Assembly: GCA_965238225.1 (NCBI GenBank)
Contig: OZ250183.1
Span: 928,001-992,000, forward strand
Source: Gammaproteobacteria bacterium
Lineage (GTDB): Bacteria > Pseudomonadota > Gammaproteobacteria > Eutrophobiales > Eutrophobiaceae
Length of the DNA stretch: 64,000 nt
Reading direction: 5' to 3'
The notes beneath the pieces are model-generated. The model searched no databases, was not told the origin of the DNA, and was given only the letters and a program-made list of their open reading frames with translations. This document shows positions 9,287-22,306 of the stretch, piece after piece (the stretch's first letter is position 1; every line of letters begins with the position of its first letter). The position numbers were made by a program, and so were the translations under genes.

Positions 9287-9795
9287 CACAACAAACTGGA
9301 GTATTGAATATGACTCAGGATATGGAAGGCACCGTTCATGAAAAAGGCATTGTCACTACAACAGTAGATAACGTTGTTAATTGGGCCAGAACAGGATCCC
9401 TATGGCCGATGACCTTTGGTTTGGCATGTTGTGCCGTAGAGATGATGCAGGCGGGTGCTTCTCGTTATGATATGGATCGTTTTGGTGTCATTTTCAGGCC
9501 CAGCCCTCGTCAATCTGATGTAATGATAGTTGCTGGTACGCTGGTTAATAAGATGGCACCTGCACTACGAAAAGTTTATGACCAGATGGCAGAACCACGT
9601 TGGGTAATATCCATGGGTTCATGTGCAAATGGAGGTGGTTATTATCACTACTCTTATTCTGTGGTCAGGGGTTGTGACCGAATTGTTCCTGTGGATGTTT
9701 ATGTGCCAGGCTGCCCACCTACGGCAGAGGCGCTTTTGTTTGGGATCATACAACTGCAAAATAAAATCAAACGCACTAACACGATTGAGTGTTAA
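9277..9795 (+). CDS. nuoB: NADH-quinone oxidoreductase subunit B
   Basis: [30 protein letters not shown]. Confidence 0.97.
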   Translation: MGVTQQTGVLNMTQDMEGTVHEKGIVTTTVDNVVNWARTGSLWPMTFGLACCAVEMMQAGASRYDMDRFGVIFRPSPRQSDVMIVAGTLVNKMAPALRKVYDQMAEPRWVISMGSCANGGGYYHYSYSVVRGCDRIVPVDVYVPGCPPTAEALLFGIIQLQNKIKRTNTIEC

Positions 9796-9827
9796 CTTGA
9801 AACACTTGAAATAATAATTTCAAAAAT

Positions 9828-10508
9828 ATGGCAAGTTCTGTTGTGAAACTGGTGGATTTTATCAAGCAGCGTTTTGGTGAAAAGGTGCTTGATGTGCAGG
9901 TTGCTTTTGGGCAGGTAGTGATTGAGTTAACACCGGATCATTTGCTTGCAGTTTGCCAGTCACTTAAAAATGAAGAGGAATTCTCCTTTCAGCAATTAGT
10001 TGATCTGTGTGGCGTTGATTACTCAACTTTTGGCAAGGCAGACTGGGAAACCAAAAGTACGTCAAGCACAGGGTTTAGTCGTGGCGTGAGTAAAGAAATT
10101 TTTGATGATGAAACACAAACGCAACTACGATTTGCTGTGGTCTATCATCTACTGTCTATTAAGCACAATCAGCGATTGCGTGTTCGCTGCATGATTAATG
10201 AAACACCCGCAAAGATTGAATCTGTAGTTAGACTCTGGGCATCAGCAAATTGGTATGAGCGTGAGGCTTTTGATTTATTCGGTATTCTTTTTGAAGGCCA
10301 TCCTGACTTAAGGAGAATTTTGACCGATTATGGTTTTATCGGGCATCCATTTAGGAAGGATTTTCCGTTGGAAGGAAACGTTGAAGTGCGTTACGACCCT
10401 GAACAAAAACGTGTGATCTATCAGCCTGTGACTATTACTAACCGTGTTTTGGTGCCACGAGTCATTCGTCATGATAATCGTTATGAGGAAGCGAGCGATG
10501 ATACATAA
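9828..10508 (+). CDS. nuoC: NADH-quinone oxidoreductase subunit C
   Basis: [35 protein letters not shown]. Confidence 0.97.
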   Translation: MASSVVKLVDFIKQRFGEKVLDVQVAFGQVVIELTPDHLLAVCQSLKNEEEFSFQQLVDLCGVDYSTFGKADWETKSTSSTGFSRGVSKEIFDDETQTQLRFAVVYHLLSIKHNQRLRVRCMINETPAKIESVVRLWASANWYEREAFDLFGILFEGHPDLRRILTDYGFIGHPFRKDFPLEGNVEVRYDPEQKRVIYQPVTITNRVLVPRVIRHDNRYEEASDDT

Positions 10509-10622
10509 AACAATGACGCATAAAAAGATATTTAAGATGAGCATCAACATGAAATTACTATGTGTTTGTATATAAAAATTAAAGCGCAACGATTGTTATT
10601 TTTCATTTTGGATGTATGAAAA

Positions 10623-11876
10623 ATGCCTGATATTAGTAATATGACAATGAATTTTGGGCCGCAGCATCCTGCTGCCCATGGTGTCCTGCGTTTGGTGTTG
10701 GAAATGAACGGTGAAGTGATTGAAAGAGCCGATCCGCATATTGGTTTATTGCACCGAGGTACGGAAAAATTAGCTGAGTATAAACCATACAATCAAAATA
10801 TCGGTTATATGGATAGGCTTGATTATGTTTCCATGATGTGTAATGAGCATGCTTATGTGATGGCAATTGAAAAACTCATAGACGTTACACCGCCACCTCG
10901 CGCGCAATATATCCGTGTTATGTATGCAGAAATTACCCGTATATTAAATCATTTAATGTGGCTCGGAACCCACGCGCTGGATATCGGCGCTATGACTATG
11001 TTTTTATATTGTTTTCGTGAACGTGAAGATCTCATGGACTGTTATGAAGCAGTCTCGGGCACACGCATGCATGCAACTTATTTTCGTCCAGGAGGCGTTT
11101 ATAGAGATCTCCCTAAAACGATGCCTCAATATGAAATATCAAAATGGCATAACGAAAAAGAAGTGAAAAAAATGAATCAAAGCAGACAAGGTTCTTTGCT
11201 TGATTTTATCAAAAGATTCACAGAGAAATTTCCTGGTTGTGTTGATGAATATGAAACGCTATTAACGGACAATAGAATCTGGAAACAGCGTACTGTTGAC
11301 ATTGGTGTTGTTTCGGCAGAAAGAGCATTACAGCTAGGGTTTACTGGTCCGATGTTAAGAGGTTCTGGCGTTGAATGGGATCTGCGTAAAAAACAAACTT
11401 ATGATATTTATGACCAAGTTGAGTTTGATATTCCGGTTGGAGTCAATGGTGATTGTTATGATCGCTATCTAGTTCGAATTGAGGAAATGCGTCAATCTAA
11501 TAGTATTATTAAACAATGTGTAGACTGGTTAAAACAAAATCCAGGACCAGTAATCTTGGATGACTCCAAATTAATCTCACCAAGACGTGAAGATATGAAA
11601 GGCGATATGGAATCTCTTATTCATCACTTTAAATTATTTACTGAAGGCTATTGTGTGCCAGAAGGTGAAACTTACTCAGCAGTAGAGCATCCAAAAGGCG
11701 AATTTGGAATTTATTTAATTTCTGATGGAGCAAATAAACCGTACCGATTGAAAATTCGCGCTCCTGGTTTTGCACATTTATCAGCCATGGATGAAATGGT
11801 CAGGGGTCATATGTTGTCTGATGTAGTAACAGTGATAGGAACACAGGATATTGTCTTTGGAGAAATAGATCGATGA
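10623..11876 (+). CDS. nuoD: NADH-quinone oxidoreductase subunit D
   Basis: [33 protein letters not shown]. Confidence 0.98.
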   Translation: MPDISNMTMNFGPQHPAAHGVLRLVLEMNGEVIERADPHIGLLHRGTEKLAEYKPYNQNIGYMDRLDYVSMMCNEHAYVMAIEKLIDVTPPPRAQYIRVMYAEITRILNHLMWLGTHALDIGAMTMFLYCFREREDLMDCYEAVSGTRMHATYFRPGGVYRDLPKTMPQYEISKWHNEKEVKKMNQSRQGSLLDFIKRFTEKFPGCVDEYETLLTDNRIWKQRTVDIGVVSAERALQLGFTGPMLRGSGVEWDLRKKQTYDIYDQVEFDIPVGVNGDCYDRYLVRIEEMRQSNSIIKQCVDWLKQNPGPVILDDSKLISPRREDMKGDMESLIHHFKLFTEGYCVPEGETYSAVEHPKGEFGIYLISDGANKPYRLKIRAPGFAHLSAMDEMVRGHMLSDVVTVIGTQDIVFGEIDR

Positions 11877-11996
11877 TTTCAGTTTTTTTCTTTTATCTTA
11901 ATACATTGCTGTTTTATTTTTTTAAACTATTCATGTCTTACCTTAAAGAAAAAGTATTTGCTAAAAATTTACCTGTTAAAATTGAATTTATCTATA

Positions 11997-12479
11997 GTGA
12001 GCGATCTGAGTCCACACGTTAAAACCGAGATTGATCGTTGGGTTGCGAAATACCCTGCAGATCGAAAACAGTCTGCAGTTTTGGCTGCCTTGCGTTCTGT
12101 GCAACATGAAAATCAGGGGTATCTGAATGTTAATCTGATGGATTTAGTGGCTGAGTATTTAGGTATGCCAGCTATTGCTGTTTATGAAGTTGCCTCTTTT
12201 TATTCTATGTTAGAAACAGAAAAATGTGGTCGGCATAGTATTTCTGTTTGTACCAATATCTCATGTATGTTGAATGGTTCTGGAGAAATCATGGAGTACA
12301 TAGAAAAAAAATTGGGCATTAAGGAAGGTGAATCAACAGAGGATAATCGTTTTTATATCAAACAGGAGGAGGAATGTCTTGCTGCCTGTTGCGGTGCGCC
12401 GATGATGATGGTTGATCATATTTATTACGAAAACTTGACCCCTGAAAAAGTTGATAAAATCTTGGATAATCTGGAGTAG
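11997..12479 (+). CDS. nuoE: NADH-quinone oxidoreductase subunit E
   Basis: 2Fe-2S motifs CTNISC and CLAAC..AP. The start (GTG 11997) is uncertain. Confidence 0.95.
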   Translation: MSDLSPHVKTEIDRWVAKYPADRKQSAVLAALRSVQHENQGYLNVNLMDLVAEYLGMPAIAVYEVASFYSMLETEKCGRHSISVCTNISCMLNGSGEIMEYIEKKLGIKEGESTEDNRFYIKQEEECLAACCGAPMMMVDHIYYENLTPEKVDKILDNLE

Positions 12480-12486
12480 TTTGCAC

Positions 12487-13770
12487 ATGGAGAAATTAAA
12501 TCAGGTTTGCTACGCAACATGCCAATTTGATAAATCGTGGACACTGGAAAATTATATTCGAGTTGACGGTTATGAGGCGTGGTCAAAAATTATCAATGAG
12601 AGAATCCCCCCTGAAGATATAATTGAAATCGTAAAAAAATCTGGTTTACGTGGTCGCGGTGGCGCTGGTTTTCCAACGGGACTGAAATGGAGTTTTATGC
12701 CACGCGATATTGATATTGCAAAGTACGTTGTTTGTAACTCGGATGAAAGCGAGCCAGGTACTTGCAAAGACCGTGATATTTTGCGTTTTAATCCGCATTC
12801 TTTGGTAGAAGGTTTGGCAATTGCTTGTTATGCCATGAATACCAAAGTGGCTTATAACTATATTCGCGGCGAATTCATGGATGAACCTTATCAACGTTTT
12901 GAGCAAGCATTAAAAGAGGCTTACCAACAAGGTTATCTGGGTAAAAATATTATGGGATCTGGAGTAGAAGTAGATATTTATAGCACTTTAGGCGCTGGCG
13001 CTTATATCTGCGGTGAGGAAACTGCATTACTCGAATCATTGGAAGGTAAAAAAGGTCAGCCACGTTTTAAACCACCTTTTCCTGCCAATTTTGGCTTGTA
13101 CGGCAGACCCACTACTATCAACAATACCGAGTCTTTTGCTTCTGTGCCATCTATTGTAAAAAATGGTGCCGACTGGTTTGCTAAAATGGGCGTGCCTAAC
13201 AGCGGTGGCAGCAAATGCTTTTCAGTGAGCGGACATGTAAATAAACCAGGTAACTTTGAAGTGCCCTTGGGTATGCCTTTTACGGATTTATTGAATCTTG
13301 CTGGCGGCGTGCGTCATGGTAATCAACTAAAAGCCGTGATCCCAGGCGGTTCTTCTGTTCCTGTAATGCATGGCAAAGACATGATGGATGTAAAGATGGA
13401 TTATGAATCCATTCAAGAAGCTGGCTCCTATCTTGGTTCCGGTGCTGTGATTATTATGGACGAGACCACATGCATGGTGCGCATGCTTGAACGTATTGCT
13501 CGTTTTTATTATTCAGAATCTTGTGGCCAATGTACGCCATGTCGTGAGGGAACTGGTTGGCTGTATCGAATGATTAAACGCATTGAACATGGAGCAGGTG
13601 AGCAAGAGGATCTGGATAAATTAATTGATGTTGCGAATAAAATAGAAGGTAGAACTATTTGTGCTTTGGGTGATGCAGCAGCATGGCCGGTGCAAAGTTT
13701 TGTTAAAAGGTTTCGTGATGAATTTCAATATCACATAGACAATAAATGTTGTATGCCAGGAATAGTATGA
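12487..13770 (+). CDS. nuoF: NADH-quinone oxidoreductase subunit F
   Basis: [47 protein letters not shown]. Confidence 0.98.
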   Translation: MEKLNQVCYATCQFDKSWTLENYIRVDGYEAWSKIINERIPPEDIIEIVKKSGLRGRGGAGFPTGLKWSFMPRDIDIAKYVVCNSDESEPGTCKDRDILRFNPHSLVEGLAIACYAMNTKVAYNYIRGEFMDEPYQRFEQALKEAYQQGYLGKNIMGSGVEVDIYSTLGAGAYICGEETALLESLEGKKGQPRFKPPFPANFGLYGRPTTINNTESFASVPSIVKNGADWFAKMGVPNSGGSKCFSVSGHVNKPGNFEVPLGMPFTDLLNLAGGVRHGNQLKAVIPGGSSVPVMHGKDMMDVKMDYESIQEAGSYLGSGAVIIMDETTCMVRMLERIARFYYSESCGQCTPCREGTGWLYRMIKRIEHGAGEQEDLDKLIDVANKIEGRTICALGDAAAWPVQSFVKRFRDEFQYHIDNKCCMPGIV

Positions 13771-16172
13771 CAAATGATATTTTAAATATTGAAGTAGATG
13801 GTAAGTCTTTAAAGGCGCGGTCTGGGCAGATGCTCATTGAAGTGACAGACGCCAATGATATTTATATCCCTAGATTTTGTTATCACAAAAAATTAACTGT
13901 TGCTGCTAATTGTCGTATGTGCCTAGTTGAGGTTGAGAAAGCACGAACTCCATTGCCTGCCTGCGCTACATCGGTAACGGATGGCATGAAGGTGCAGACT
14001 CGTTCAAAGCTTGCCATTGAAGCACAGAAATCTGTCATGGAATTTCTACTTATTAATCATCCGCTTGATTGTCCAATTTGTGATCAAGGTGGAGAGTGTG
14101 AGTTACAGGATCTTGCAGTTGGATACGGCGAGGGCATTTCGCGCTATCAGGAAAGCAAAAGAGTTGTTAAGGATAAAAATCTTGGTCCATTGATTCAAAC
14201 AGATATGACTCGCTGCATCCATTGTACGCGTTGTGTTCGATTTGGTGAAGAGATTGCAGGTCTACGTGAGATGGGTTCCGTAGGACGAGGTGAACGCATG
14301 GAGATAGGCACCTACATAGAAAAGGGCGTATCCTCTGAAATGTCAGGCAATATTATTGATATTTGCCCCGTTGGTGCATTAACCTCAAAACCTTTTAGAT
14401 TTTCAGCACGTGCATGGGAAATGGTACAACATGAGAGTATTGCACCTCATGATTCTGTTGGTTCGAAAATGGCGTTGCACATCAAGGATGGTCGCGTTAT
14501 GCGCGTTGTTCCAGCAGAGAATGAAAGTATTAATGAAGTTTGGTTATCAGATCGCGATCGATTTAGTTACGAGGGAATGTATAGCGATGATCGTTTGCAA
14601 ACACCAATGATTAAACAAAATGGTGTTTGGGAAGAAACAGATTGGCAGACTGCGCTTCAGTATTTAAGTGAAAATCTAGATAATACTTTGGTAAAACACG
14701 GCGGCGATAAGCTAGGCGGATTAATATCTCCCACATCAACACTTGAAGAACTTTATTTATTCCAGAAATTATTACGCGCACTTGGAAGTAATAATATTGA
14801 TAGTCGTTTACGTCAAAATGATTTTTTGCAACAAGATGGAGATCCACCATTCCCATATCTGGGTCAGTCGATTGCAGCATTAGAAGATCTTGATGCGGTA
14901 TTGGTGATTGGCAGTAATGTTAGAAAAGAGCAGCCGATAATCAATCATCGTTTACGTAAGGCATCATTAAAAGGTGCCTGTGTGATGATGGTTAATTCAG
15001 TTGATTATGAGTTTAATTACGATATTTCTGAGAAGATCATCTTATCACCATCAGAAATCACAACGGTATTGTCAGGTATCATCAAGGCATTATCTGAAAT
15101 AGGGGGTCGTTCAGTAGATGCTGCTGTCCAATCACTAATAAGCGATGTGAGTATAAATGCATCACATCGCAAGATAGCCGAAAAATTATTTAAAGCTCAA
15201 GCAGGGTCAGTTTTATTAGGCAATCTAGCTACAGCACATGAAAAATTTTCAACATTAAAAATATTAGCATTAGAAATTGCCAAATTTGCCGATATTAAAT
15301 ATGGCTTCATCAGCGAAGCATCAAATACAAGTGGCGCATATTTGGCGGGTGCATTGCCTCATCGAGGCGCAGGCGGTGGAATGCTTAATGGTTCATCAGG
15401 ATTAACAATTGGGGCAATGTTGGAGCAATCTTTAAATGCCTATTTATTGCTTGGTGTTGAGCCAGAGATGGATTGCTGGGATGGTGGCAAAGCACTTAAG
15501 GCATTGGAAAATGCAGAGTTTGTTGTTTCAATGACAGCATATCAATCAGAACTCATGAAACAATATGCCGATGTGCTTTTACCTATTGCACTTTTTGCAG
15601 AAACTTCCGGCACCTACATTAATGTTGAAGGACAATCGCAAAGTTTTACAGCAGCAGTAGACCCTGCGGGTGAAGCACGGCCGGCATGGAAAATTCTCCG
15701 TATCATGGGTAATTTGATGGGTCTTGAACAATTTGAATACAACAGTTTCAAAGAAGTTAAAGACGAAATTGCCAGTGTTATTGATAGCGTTGCTTTAGAT
15801 AGTATAGGTAACTGGACGATGCCAGAATCTTTAAAAAATGACACAATGAATGCTGACATGGCTAAAAGTGGTGTATTGCAAAGAATTACAGAAATCTCAA
15901 TGTACAGTATTGACGCTATGATCAGAAGGGCGCAAGCACTGCAAAATACAGATGACAGTAAAAGCATGATTCAAATCAATTCTTCACTGGCGCATAAGGT
16001 TAATGTTGCGGCAGGAGATACTGTTGTCGTTAAGCAGGAAGGAAATAGCATCAGCGCACCTGTAATGATTAATGATAGGGTCTCAGATAATTGTGTATCG
16101 ATTCATTTAGCACAAATGAGCCATTCCAGATTAGGCGCATGGCATGGAAATGTCAGCTTAAGGAAAGCATAA
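13767..16172 (+). CDS. nuoG: NADH-quinone oxidoreductase subunit G
   Basis: [42 protein letters not shown] overlap with nuoF. Confidence 0.98.
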   Translation: MTNDILNIEVDGKSLKARSGQMLIEVTDANDIYIPRFCYHKKLTVAANCRMCLVEVEKARTPLPACATSVTDGMKVQTRSKLAIEAQKSVMEFLLINHPLDCPICDQGGECELQDLAVGYGEGISRYQESKRVVKDKNLGPLIQTDMTRCIHCTRCVRFGEEIAGLREMGSVGRGERMEIGTYIEKGVSSEMSGNIIDICPVGALTSKPFRFSARAWEMVQHESIAPHDSVGSKMALHIKDGRVMRVVPAENESINEVWLSDRDRFSYEGMYSDDRLQTPMIKQNGVWEETDWQTALQYLSENLDNTLVKHGGDKLGGLISPTSTLEELYLFQKLLRALGSNNIDSRLRQNDFLQQDGDPPFPYLGQSIAALEDLDAVLVIGSNVRKEQPIINHRLRKASLKGACVMMVNSVDYEFNYDISEKIILSPSEITTVLSGIIKALSEIGGRSVDAAVQSLISDVSINASHRKIAEKLFKAQAGSVLLGNLATAHEKFSTLKILALEIAKFADIKYGFISEASNTSGAYLAGALPHRGAGGGMLNGSSGLTIGAMLEQSLNAYLLLGVEPEMDCWDGGKALKALENAEFVVSMTAYQSELMKQYADVLLPIALFAETSGTYINVEGQSQSFTAAVDPAGEARPAWKILRIMGNLMGLEQFEYNSFKEVKDEIASVIDSVALDSIGNWTMPESLKNDTMNADMAKSGVLQRITEISMYSIDAMIRRAQALQNTDDSKSMIQINSSLAHKVNVAAGDTVVVKQEGNSISAPVMINDRVSDNCVSIHLAQMSHSRLGAWHGNVSLRKA

Positions 16173-16174
16173 GT

Positions 16175-17296
16175 ATGATGGAATGGATACAGCCTAATTT
16201 GATTACACCCTTAGTGGAACAACTGTTCCCGACCGCAATACATGTTTATGCTGCACTGACGATTGAAGTTATTTTGAAAATTATGCTTATTGTTGCAATA
16301 GTGTTATTTGCGGTTGCCTATTTAACTTACGCAGAACGTAAGGTGATTGGTTTTATTCAAGGACGTATCGGACCTAATCGCGTGGGTTTATTCGGCCGAT
16401 CATTATGGGGGCTCGGGCAACCGATTGCCGATGCCTTTAAGTTAATTTTTAAAGAAATTATTATCCCAACAGGATCCAGTAAGATTCTGTTTATTATTGC
16501 ACCGATTCTATCATTCGCGCCCTCTCTTGCTGCTTGGGCAGTGATTCCTTTTAGCGATACTCTGGTATTAGCAGATATCAACGCCGGATTGCTTTATATT
16601 TTAGCGCTGACATCTTTGGCTGTCTATGGCGTGATCATTGCTGGCTGGGCATCGAACTCAAAATATGCTTTTCTCGGAGCTATGCGCTCTGTTGCCCAAG
16701 TTATATCTTATGAAATTGCCATGGGGTTTGCCTTAGTGGGCGTATTGATTGCAGCGGGCAGTTTGAATCTGGGTGATATTGTCAACGCTCAAAATGGCAG
16801 TGTCATACACTGGTTCTGGTTGCCGTTATTACCACTTGCCGTAGTTTATTTTATTTCTGGTGTCGCTGAAACCAATCGCGCACCGTTTGATGTTGCTGAG
16901 GGTGAATCTGAAATTGTTGCTGGTTTCCACGTGGAATATAGCGGCATGGCTTTCTCAGTTTTCTTTATGGCTGAATATGCCAATATGATAATTATTTCAA
17001 TCTTGATGTCCGTGTTGTTTTGTGGTGGTTGGTTATCACCGATACAGGGAATATTGCCAGAGATAATTTTTAAAGTGCCAGTCGTTGGAATTTTACTTGG
17101 AGAGGGCATTCACTGGCTGCTATTAAAAACTTCATTTTTTTTGTTTATGTTTTTATGGTTACGTGCGACTTTCCCACGTTATCGTTATGATCAGATCATG
17201 CGCTTAGGCTGGAAAATATTTATTCCAATTACTATTGTCTGGTTAATCGTTGTTGCCGTAATGGTCATAACAAAAATGCCACCATGGTTTACTTAG
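16175..17296 (+). CDS. nuoH: NADH-quinone oxidoreductase subunit H
   Basis: [45 protein letters not shown]. Confidence 0.97.
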   Translation: MMEWIQPNLITPLVEQLFPTAIHVYAALTIEVILKIMLIVAIVLFAVAYLTYAERKVIGFIQGRIGPNRVGLFGRSLWGLGQPIADAFKLIFKEIIIPTGSSKILFIIAPILSFAPSLAAWAVIPFSDTLVLADINAGLLYILALTSLAVYGVIIAGWASNSKYAFLGAMRSVAQVISYEIAMGFALVGVLIAAGSLNLGDIVNAQNGSVIHWFWLPLLPLAVVYFISGVAETNRAPFDVAEGESEIVAGFHVEYSGMAFSVFFMAEYANMIIISILMSVLFCGGWLSPIQGILPEIIFKVPVVGILLGEGIHWLLLKTSFFLFMFLWLRATFPRYRYDQIMRLGWKIFIPITIVWLIVVAVMVITKMPPWFT

Positions 17297-17332
17297 ATGC
17301 TGAGAATTATTAAAGAGAGTAGTTGAAGATAT

Positions 17333-17824
17333 ATGATTAAAAACTTAACCAGATACATAAAAAGTTTATTCCTTCTTGAATTAATCAAAGGTTTGAGATT
17401 GACCGGACGTTATTTATTCAAAAAAAAAATAACTGTTCAATATCCAGAAGAAAAAACACCACAATCACAACGATTTCGCGGATTACATGCGCTGCGTCGT
17501 TATGCGAATGGTGAGGAACGATGTATTGCCTGTAAGTTATGTGAAGCAGTGTGCCCGGCAGTTGCGATTACCATTGAGTCTTCGCAACGTGAAGATGGTA
17601 GTCGTCGAACAACTCGTTATGATATCGATCTATCTAAATGTATTTACTGTGGTTTCTGTGAAGAATCTTGTCCGGTTGATGCTATTGTCGAAACTCGAAT
17701 TTTTGAATATCACGGTGAGAGGCGTAGTGATTTGATAATGACAAAAGAAATGTTGCTTGAAGTTGGCGATCAGGAAGAAAAACAAATTGCAAAAGATCGC
17801 ACAGAAGAAGCGCCTTATAGATGA
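17333..17824 (+). CDS. nuoI: NADH-quinone oxidoreductase subunit I
   Basis: Two 4Fe-4S motifs, [12 protein letters not shown] and [12 protein letters not shown]. Confidence 0.98.
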   Translation: MIKNLTRYIKSLFLLELIKGLRLTGRYLFKKKITVQYPEEKTPQSQRFRGLHALRRYANGEERCIACKLCEAVCPAVAITIESSQREDGSRRTTRYDIDLSKCIYCGFCEESCPVDAIVETRIFEYHGERRSDLIMTKEMLLEVGDQEEKQIAKDRTEEAPYR

Positions 17825-18456
17825 TCGAACAAACAGTTTTTTTTGTTTTTTCTGCTTTATTACTCATGTCCGCTGGACTAATGATCACCGTACGCAACCC
17901 AGTATTCGCAGCCTTATTCTTGATTTCTGCTTTTTTCTCAAGCTCCGCTATCTGGCTATTACTTGAGGCAGAATTTTTGGCTATTACCCTAGTTCTGGTT
18001 TATGTTGGAGCGGTAATGGTTTTATTTATGTTTGTGGTCATGATGTTGGATATAAATTTATCTGCCATGAGAGAAGGTTTCGCAAAATATTTACCTATTG
18101 GCGCGCTCGTTGCCATTTTAATGGCTTTTTCTATGGGCTTAATAATTAACGCTGGTGAATTTGACTCGATAAGTGATTCTACCCAACGACATGGCGCAGA
18201 TTACAGTAATACAAAAGATCTCGGCACAACTTTATATACAAATTATTTATATCCCTTTGAGATAGCAGGTACTATTTTACTGGTTGCGATCATTGCTGCA
18301 ATTTCATTGACAATGCGTAGTCCACGTTCTAGAAAAACACAAAAGCCTAGCAATCAAGTTGCTGTTAAAAATACTGATAGACTTAAGATTGTTAAAATGA
18401 AAGCTGAAAAACAAGACTCCGATCCAATGCAGGAAGTAGAGGATGAATCAATATGA
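17821..18456 (+). CDS. nuoJ: NADH-quinone oxidoreductase subunit J
   Basis: [17 protein letters not shown], and position in the operon. Confidence 0.96.
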   Translation: MIEQTVFFVFSALLLMSAGLMITVRNPVFAALFLISAFFSSSAIWLLLEAEFLAITLVLVYVGAVMVLFMFVVMMLDINLSAMREGFAKYLPIGALVAILMAFSMGLIINAGEFDSISDSTQRHGADYSNTKDLGTTLYTNYLYPFEIAGTILLVAIIAAISLTMRSPRSRKTQKPSNQVAVKNTDRLKIVKMKAEKQDSDPMQEVEDESI

Positions 18457-18758
18457 TTAGCTTATCTCAGGTATTAGTCCTCGCGGCCTTGCTTTTTTGC
18501 ATCAGTGTTGCAGGAATATTTCTTAATAGAAAAAATATTTTAATCTTACTGATGTGTATTGAATTAATGTTGCTGTCAGTGAATATGAATTTCATTGCCT
18601 TTTCATATTTTCTTGGTGATATAAATGGTCAGGTATTTGTCTTTTTTGTCTTAACTGTAGCTGCTGCAGAATCTGCAATTGGATTGGCGATTCTTGTTGT
18701 CCTATTTAGAAACAGGAATACGATTAACGTTGATGACTTGAAGAGTATGGATGGTTAG
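18453..18758 (+). CDS. nuoK: NADH-quinone oxidoreductase subunit K
   Basis: [20 protein letters not shown]. Confidence 0.97.
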   Translation: MISLSQVLVLAALLFCISVAGIFLNRKNILILLMCIELMLLSVNMNFIAFSYFLGDINGQVFVFFVLTVAAAESAIGLAILVVLFRNRNTINVDDLKSMDG

Positions 18759-18764
18759 GAAAAT

Positions 18765-20759
18765 ATGAATCCATTTGAAAACATGGAGAATATTTATCTC
18801 ACTATTGCTTTGGCGCCCTTGGTTGGATCAATTATTGCGGGACTGTTTGGAAAGTTAATAGGTCGTAGCGGCGCACATTGGGTTACTATTATAGCTGTTG
18901 GCATATCATGCATTCTATCCTTACTAGCCTATTATAATCTTTTTTATAATGACGGCGATATCTATAACGTTTCAGTCTACACTTGGTTAAACAGTGGTAG
19001 TTTGAAGCTTGAAATTGGTTTTTTAATTGATCAACTCTCTGTTACCATGATGGTAGTTGTCACGTTTGTTTCGTGGATGATTCATATCTATAGCATAGGT
19101 TATATGCATGATGATCCGGGCTATCAACGCTTCTTTAGTTATATCTCCTTATTTACCTTTGCCATGTTGATGTTGGTAATGTCAAATAATTTTCTACAGT
19201 TATTCTTTGGTTGGGAAGCAGTTGGTTTAGTCTCTTATTTGTTGATTGGTTTTTGGTATACACGTGAAACTGCAATTTTCGCCAATATGAAAGCGTTTCT
19301 GGTGAACCGAATTGGTGATTTCGGGTTTCTACTGGGGATTGCCGCAATATTCATGCATTTTCATTCCATGGATTATATTGAAGTATTTGAGCAAGCACCG
19401 GTTTTGGCTAATACAACAGTAAATATCTGGGGCGATGAATTATGGTCATTGATGTCGGTGATTTGTATTTGTCTTTTTATTGGTGCTATGGGTAAGTCAG
19501 CACAGGTTCCTTTACATGTATGGTTGCCAGACTCCATGGAAGGCCCAACACCTATATCAGCATTGATTCATGCTGCCACCATGGTGACTGCGGGGATATT
19601 TATGGTGTCACGCATGTCACCACTTTATGAATTATCTGAAACAGCTTTGAATTTTATTTTAATTATCGGCGCAATAACTGCGTTCTTTATGGGGTTTCTG
19701 GGTTTGGTGCAAAATGATATCAAACGCGTCATCGCCTATTCAACCTTGTCGCAACTGGGTTACATGACAGTTGCTTTGGGTGTTTCTGCTTATGCCGCCT
19801 CTATGTTTCATTTAATAACACATGCCTTTTTCAAGGCTCTATTATTTCTAGCTGCTGGTTCTGTCATCATCGCCATGCATCATGAGCAGGATATGCGCAA
19901 AATGGGCGGGCTTTATAAATATCTGCCGATCACATGGATGGTCTGTTTGATAGGTTCAATTGCTTTGATTGGTTTTCCTGGAACATCGGGATTTTTTTCC
20001 AAGGATGCCATTATTGAGGCTGTATCTTTATCTACATTACCTGCTTCTCGTTACGCTTATTATGCGGTTTTATCAGGAGTCTTTATTACAGCGCTCTATA
20101 GCTTTCGTCTTTTTTTTATGACCTTCCATGGCAAGGAAAGAATGGATAGACATGTATGGGAGCGTCTACATGAAAGTCCACGAGTAGTTTTGTTTCCTTT
20201 AATAGCCTTGGCGATTCCATCTCTAATTCTTGGGGTGTTCTTGGTCGAGCCAATGTTATTTGGTGATTATTATGCTGAGGCAATTCAAGTTGCAGGGAGT
20301 CATGACGTATTGCTTGAAATGGGGCATCATTATCACGGAGCGTGGTATGCTGTCGCATGGCAATTTTTTGTTCACGCAATCAGCCATCCAATAATCATAC
20401 TATTAGCTTTTTCTGGTGTATTTACAGCTTGGTTGTTGTACGTCAAATTTCCTGAGTTACCTCAGAAGATAGCCGTTGTCCTGTATCCTGCTCATCGTCT
20501 TCTTAAAAATAAATATGGTTTTGATGACCTTTATCAAAAGATTTTTGCCGGCAGCACAAAAGGAATTGGGCAATTATTTTGGCAAATAGGTGATGTCAAA
20601 ATCATTGATGGTTTTATCATTAATGGTTCTGCGTTATCTGTTCGATGGTTTTCTAGCGTCATCAGGAAAATACAGTCAGGTTATTTGTATCACTATGCGT
20701 TTGCCATGATTTTTGGCTTATTGCTTTTGCTTACAATTTTTGCATACCAATTAATTTAA
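18765..20759 (+). CDS. nuoL: NADH-quinone oxidoreductase subunit L
   Basis: GKSAQVPLHVWLPDSMEGPTPISALIHAATMV, KRVIAYSTLSQLGYM. Confidence 0.98.
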   Translation: MNPFENMENIYLTIALAPLVGSIIAGLFGKLIGRSGAHWVTIIAVGISCILSLLAYYNLFYNDGDIYNVSVYTWLNSGSLKLEIGFLIDQLSVTMMVVVTFVSWMIHIYSIGYMHDDPGYQRFFSYISLFTFAMLMLVMSNNFLQLFFGWEAVGLVSYLLIGFWYTRETAIFANMKAFLVNRIGDFGFLLGIAAIFMHFHSMDYIEVFEQAPVLANTTVNIWGDELWSLMSVICICLFIGAMGKSAQVPLHVWLPDSMEGPTPISALIHAATMVTAGIFMVSRMSPLYELSETALNFILIIGAITAFFMGFLGLVQNDIKRVIAYSTLSQLGYMTVALGVSAYAASMFHLITHAFFKALLFLAAGSVIIAMHHEQDMRKMGGLYKYLPITWMVCLIGSIALIGFPGTSGFFSKDAIIEAVSLSTLPASRYAYYAVLSGVFITALYSFRLFFMTFHGKERMDRHVWERLHESPRVVLFPLIALAIPSLILGVFLVEPMLFGDYYAEAIQVAGSHDVLLEMGHHYHGAWYAVAWQFFVHAISHPIIILLAFSGVFTAWLLYVKFPELPQKIAVVLYPAHRLLKNKYGFDDLYQKIFAGSTKGIGQLFWQIGDVKIIDGFIINGSALSVRWFSSVIRKIQSGYLYHYAFAMIFGLLLLLTIFAYQLI

Positions 20760-20784
20760 TCATAAAAAGCAATAAATATCAAAA

Positions 20785-22302
20785 ATGTTTGCTGAATTAC
20801 CGATTCTAAGTTTGTTGATCTGGGGTCCAATCTTTGGTGGTCTCTGTGTACTGTATGTAGGTGACAGACAGGAAGAAACGGCTAAAATACTGGCCTTTAT
20901 GATCACGATAGTGATATTTCTATTATCCACCTTACTGTATAAAAATTTCGACACCACTACACATGCAATGCAATTTGTTGAGTTCGCACACTGGATAGAG
21001 TCATTCAATATTAATTATTACTTAGGTGTCGATGGCATTTCTATGCCGTTAATTATACTGACTACGTTTACTACAGTATTGGTTATTCTTTCTGCATGGG
21101 AAGTGATAGAAAAAAAGATTTCGCAATATCTTGCAGCATTTTTGATTATAGAAGGGTTGATGAATGGTGTTTTCTCTTCTATGGACGCCATGTTATTTTA
21201 TGTTTTTTGGGAAGCAATGTTGATTCCAATGTTTTTAATTATTGGTATCTGGGGTGGACTAAGGCGTGTATACGCCACTATTAAGTTTTTTCTGTATACC
21301 TTTTTTGGCTCGGTGTTTATGTTGGTAGCCTTTCTCTACCTGTATTCACAATCAGGCACTTTCAATATTTTGGAATTACACAATCTATCGTTAGATGTAG
21401 AGGCTCAGAAATTTATTTTCATTGCTTTCTTGCTTGCCTTTGCAGTAAAAATTCCTATGTGGCCCGTACATACATGGTTGCCAGATGCTCACGTTGAAGC
21501 GCCAACAGGTGGCTCAGTAATATTGGCTGCGATTATGTTAAAACTTGGTGGGTATGGTTTTCTTCGTTTTAGTTTGCCGATTACCCCAAATGCCAGCTTA
21601 TATTTTTCTGATATGATGATTGTCTTATCATTAATTGCTATTGTTTATATTGGTTTTGTTGCCTTGGTACAACAGGACATGAAAAAATTAATTGCCTATT
21701 CGTCTATCTCACATATGGGTTTTGTGACTTTAGGATTCTTTGTCTGTTTGGCTATTTATACAGCAACGAATTCAATAGAAAGCGCTGTATTTGGGCTTGA
21801 AGGTGGCATGGTACAAATGATTTCTCATGGCTTTATCTCTGCAGCATTGTTTTTTTGTGTTGGCGTTATGTATGACCGAGTACATAGCCGAGAGATTAAA
21901 GATTACGGTGGAGTGGTCAATACCATGCCTCATTTTGCCGCCTTTATGATGTTATTTGCTATGGCAAATGCAGGACTGCCGGGGACATCAGGTTTTGTGG
22001 GTGAATTTGTTGTTATTCTTAGCGCATATCAAGCTAATTTCTGGATCGCTTTCTTGGCAGCGCTTACCTTGATACTAGGTGCCGCTTATACATTGTGGAT
22101 GTATAAAAGAGTTATCTTTGGTGATGTTGTCAATGATAATGTAGCAAATTTAAAAGATATTAATTCAAGAGAAACATTTATTTTGTCTATGTTGGCTATT
22201 GCAGTTTTAATATTTGGTCTTTATCCAGCGCCATTGTTTGATGTCATGCACCCTACACTGACTCATTTATTTGAGCATGCATTGCAATCTATAGGTGACT
22301 AA
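20785..22302 (+). CDS. nuoM: NADH-quinone oxidoreductase subunit M
   Basis: P.HTWLPDAHVEAPTGGS, KKLIAYSSISHMG. Confidence 0.98.
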   Translation: MFAELPILSLLIWGPIFGGLCVLYVGDRQEETAKILAFMITIVIFLLSTLLYKNFDTTTHAMQFVEFAHWIESFNINYYLGVDGISMPLIILTTFTTVLVILSAWEVIEKKISQYLAAFLIIEGLMNGVFSSMDAMLFYVFWEAMLIPMFLIIGIWGGLRRVYATIKFFLYTFFGSVFMLVAFLYLYSQSGTFNILELHNLSLDVEAQKFIFIAFLLAFAVKIPMWPVHTWLPDAHVEAPTGGSVILAAIMLKLGGYGFLRFSLPITPNASLYFSDMMIVLSLIAIVYIGFVALVQQDMKKLIAYSSISHMGFVTLGFFVCLAIYTATNSIESAVFGLEGGMVQMISHGFISAALFFCVGVMYDRVHSREIKDYGGVVNTMPHFAAFMMLFAMANAGLPGTSGFVGEFVVILSAYQANFWIAFLAALTLILGAAYTLWMYKRVIFGDVVNDNVANLKDINSRETFILSMLAIAVLIFGLYPAPLFDVMHPTLTHLFEHALQSIGD

Positions 22303-22306
22303 TCGC

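Noticed and set aside
11873-12022. 49-codon hydrophobic ORF overlapping the nuoD stop ([17 protein letters not shown]...)
   Set aside because: T-rich low-complexity sequence, overlaps nuoE out of frame, and has no recognisable homology. Probably spurious.
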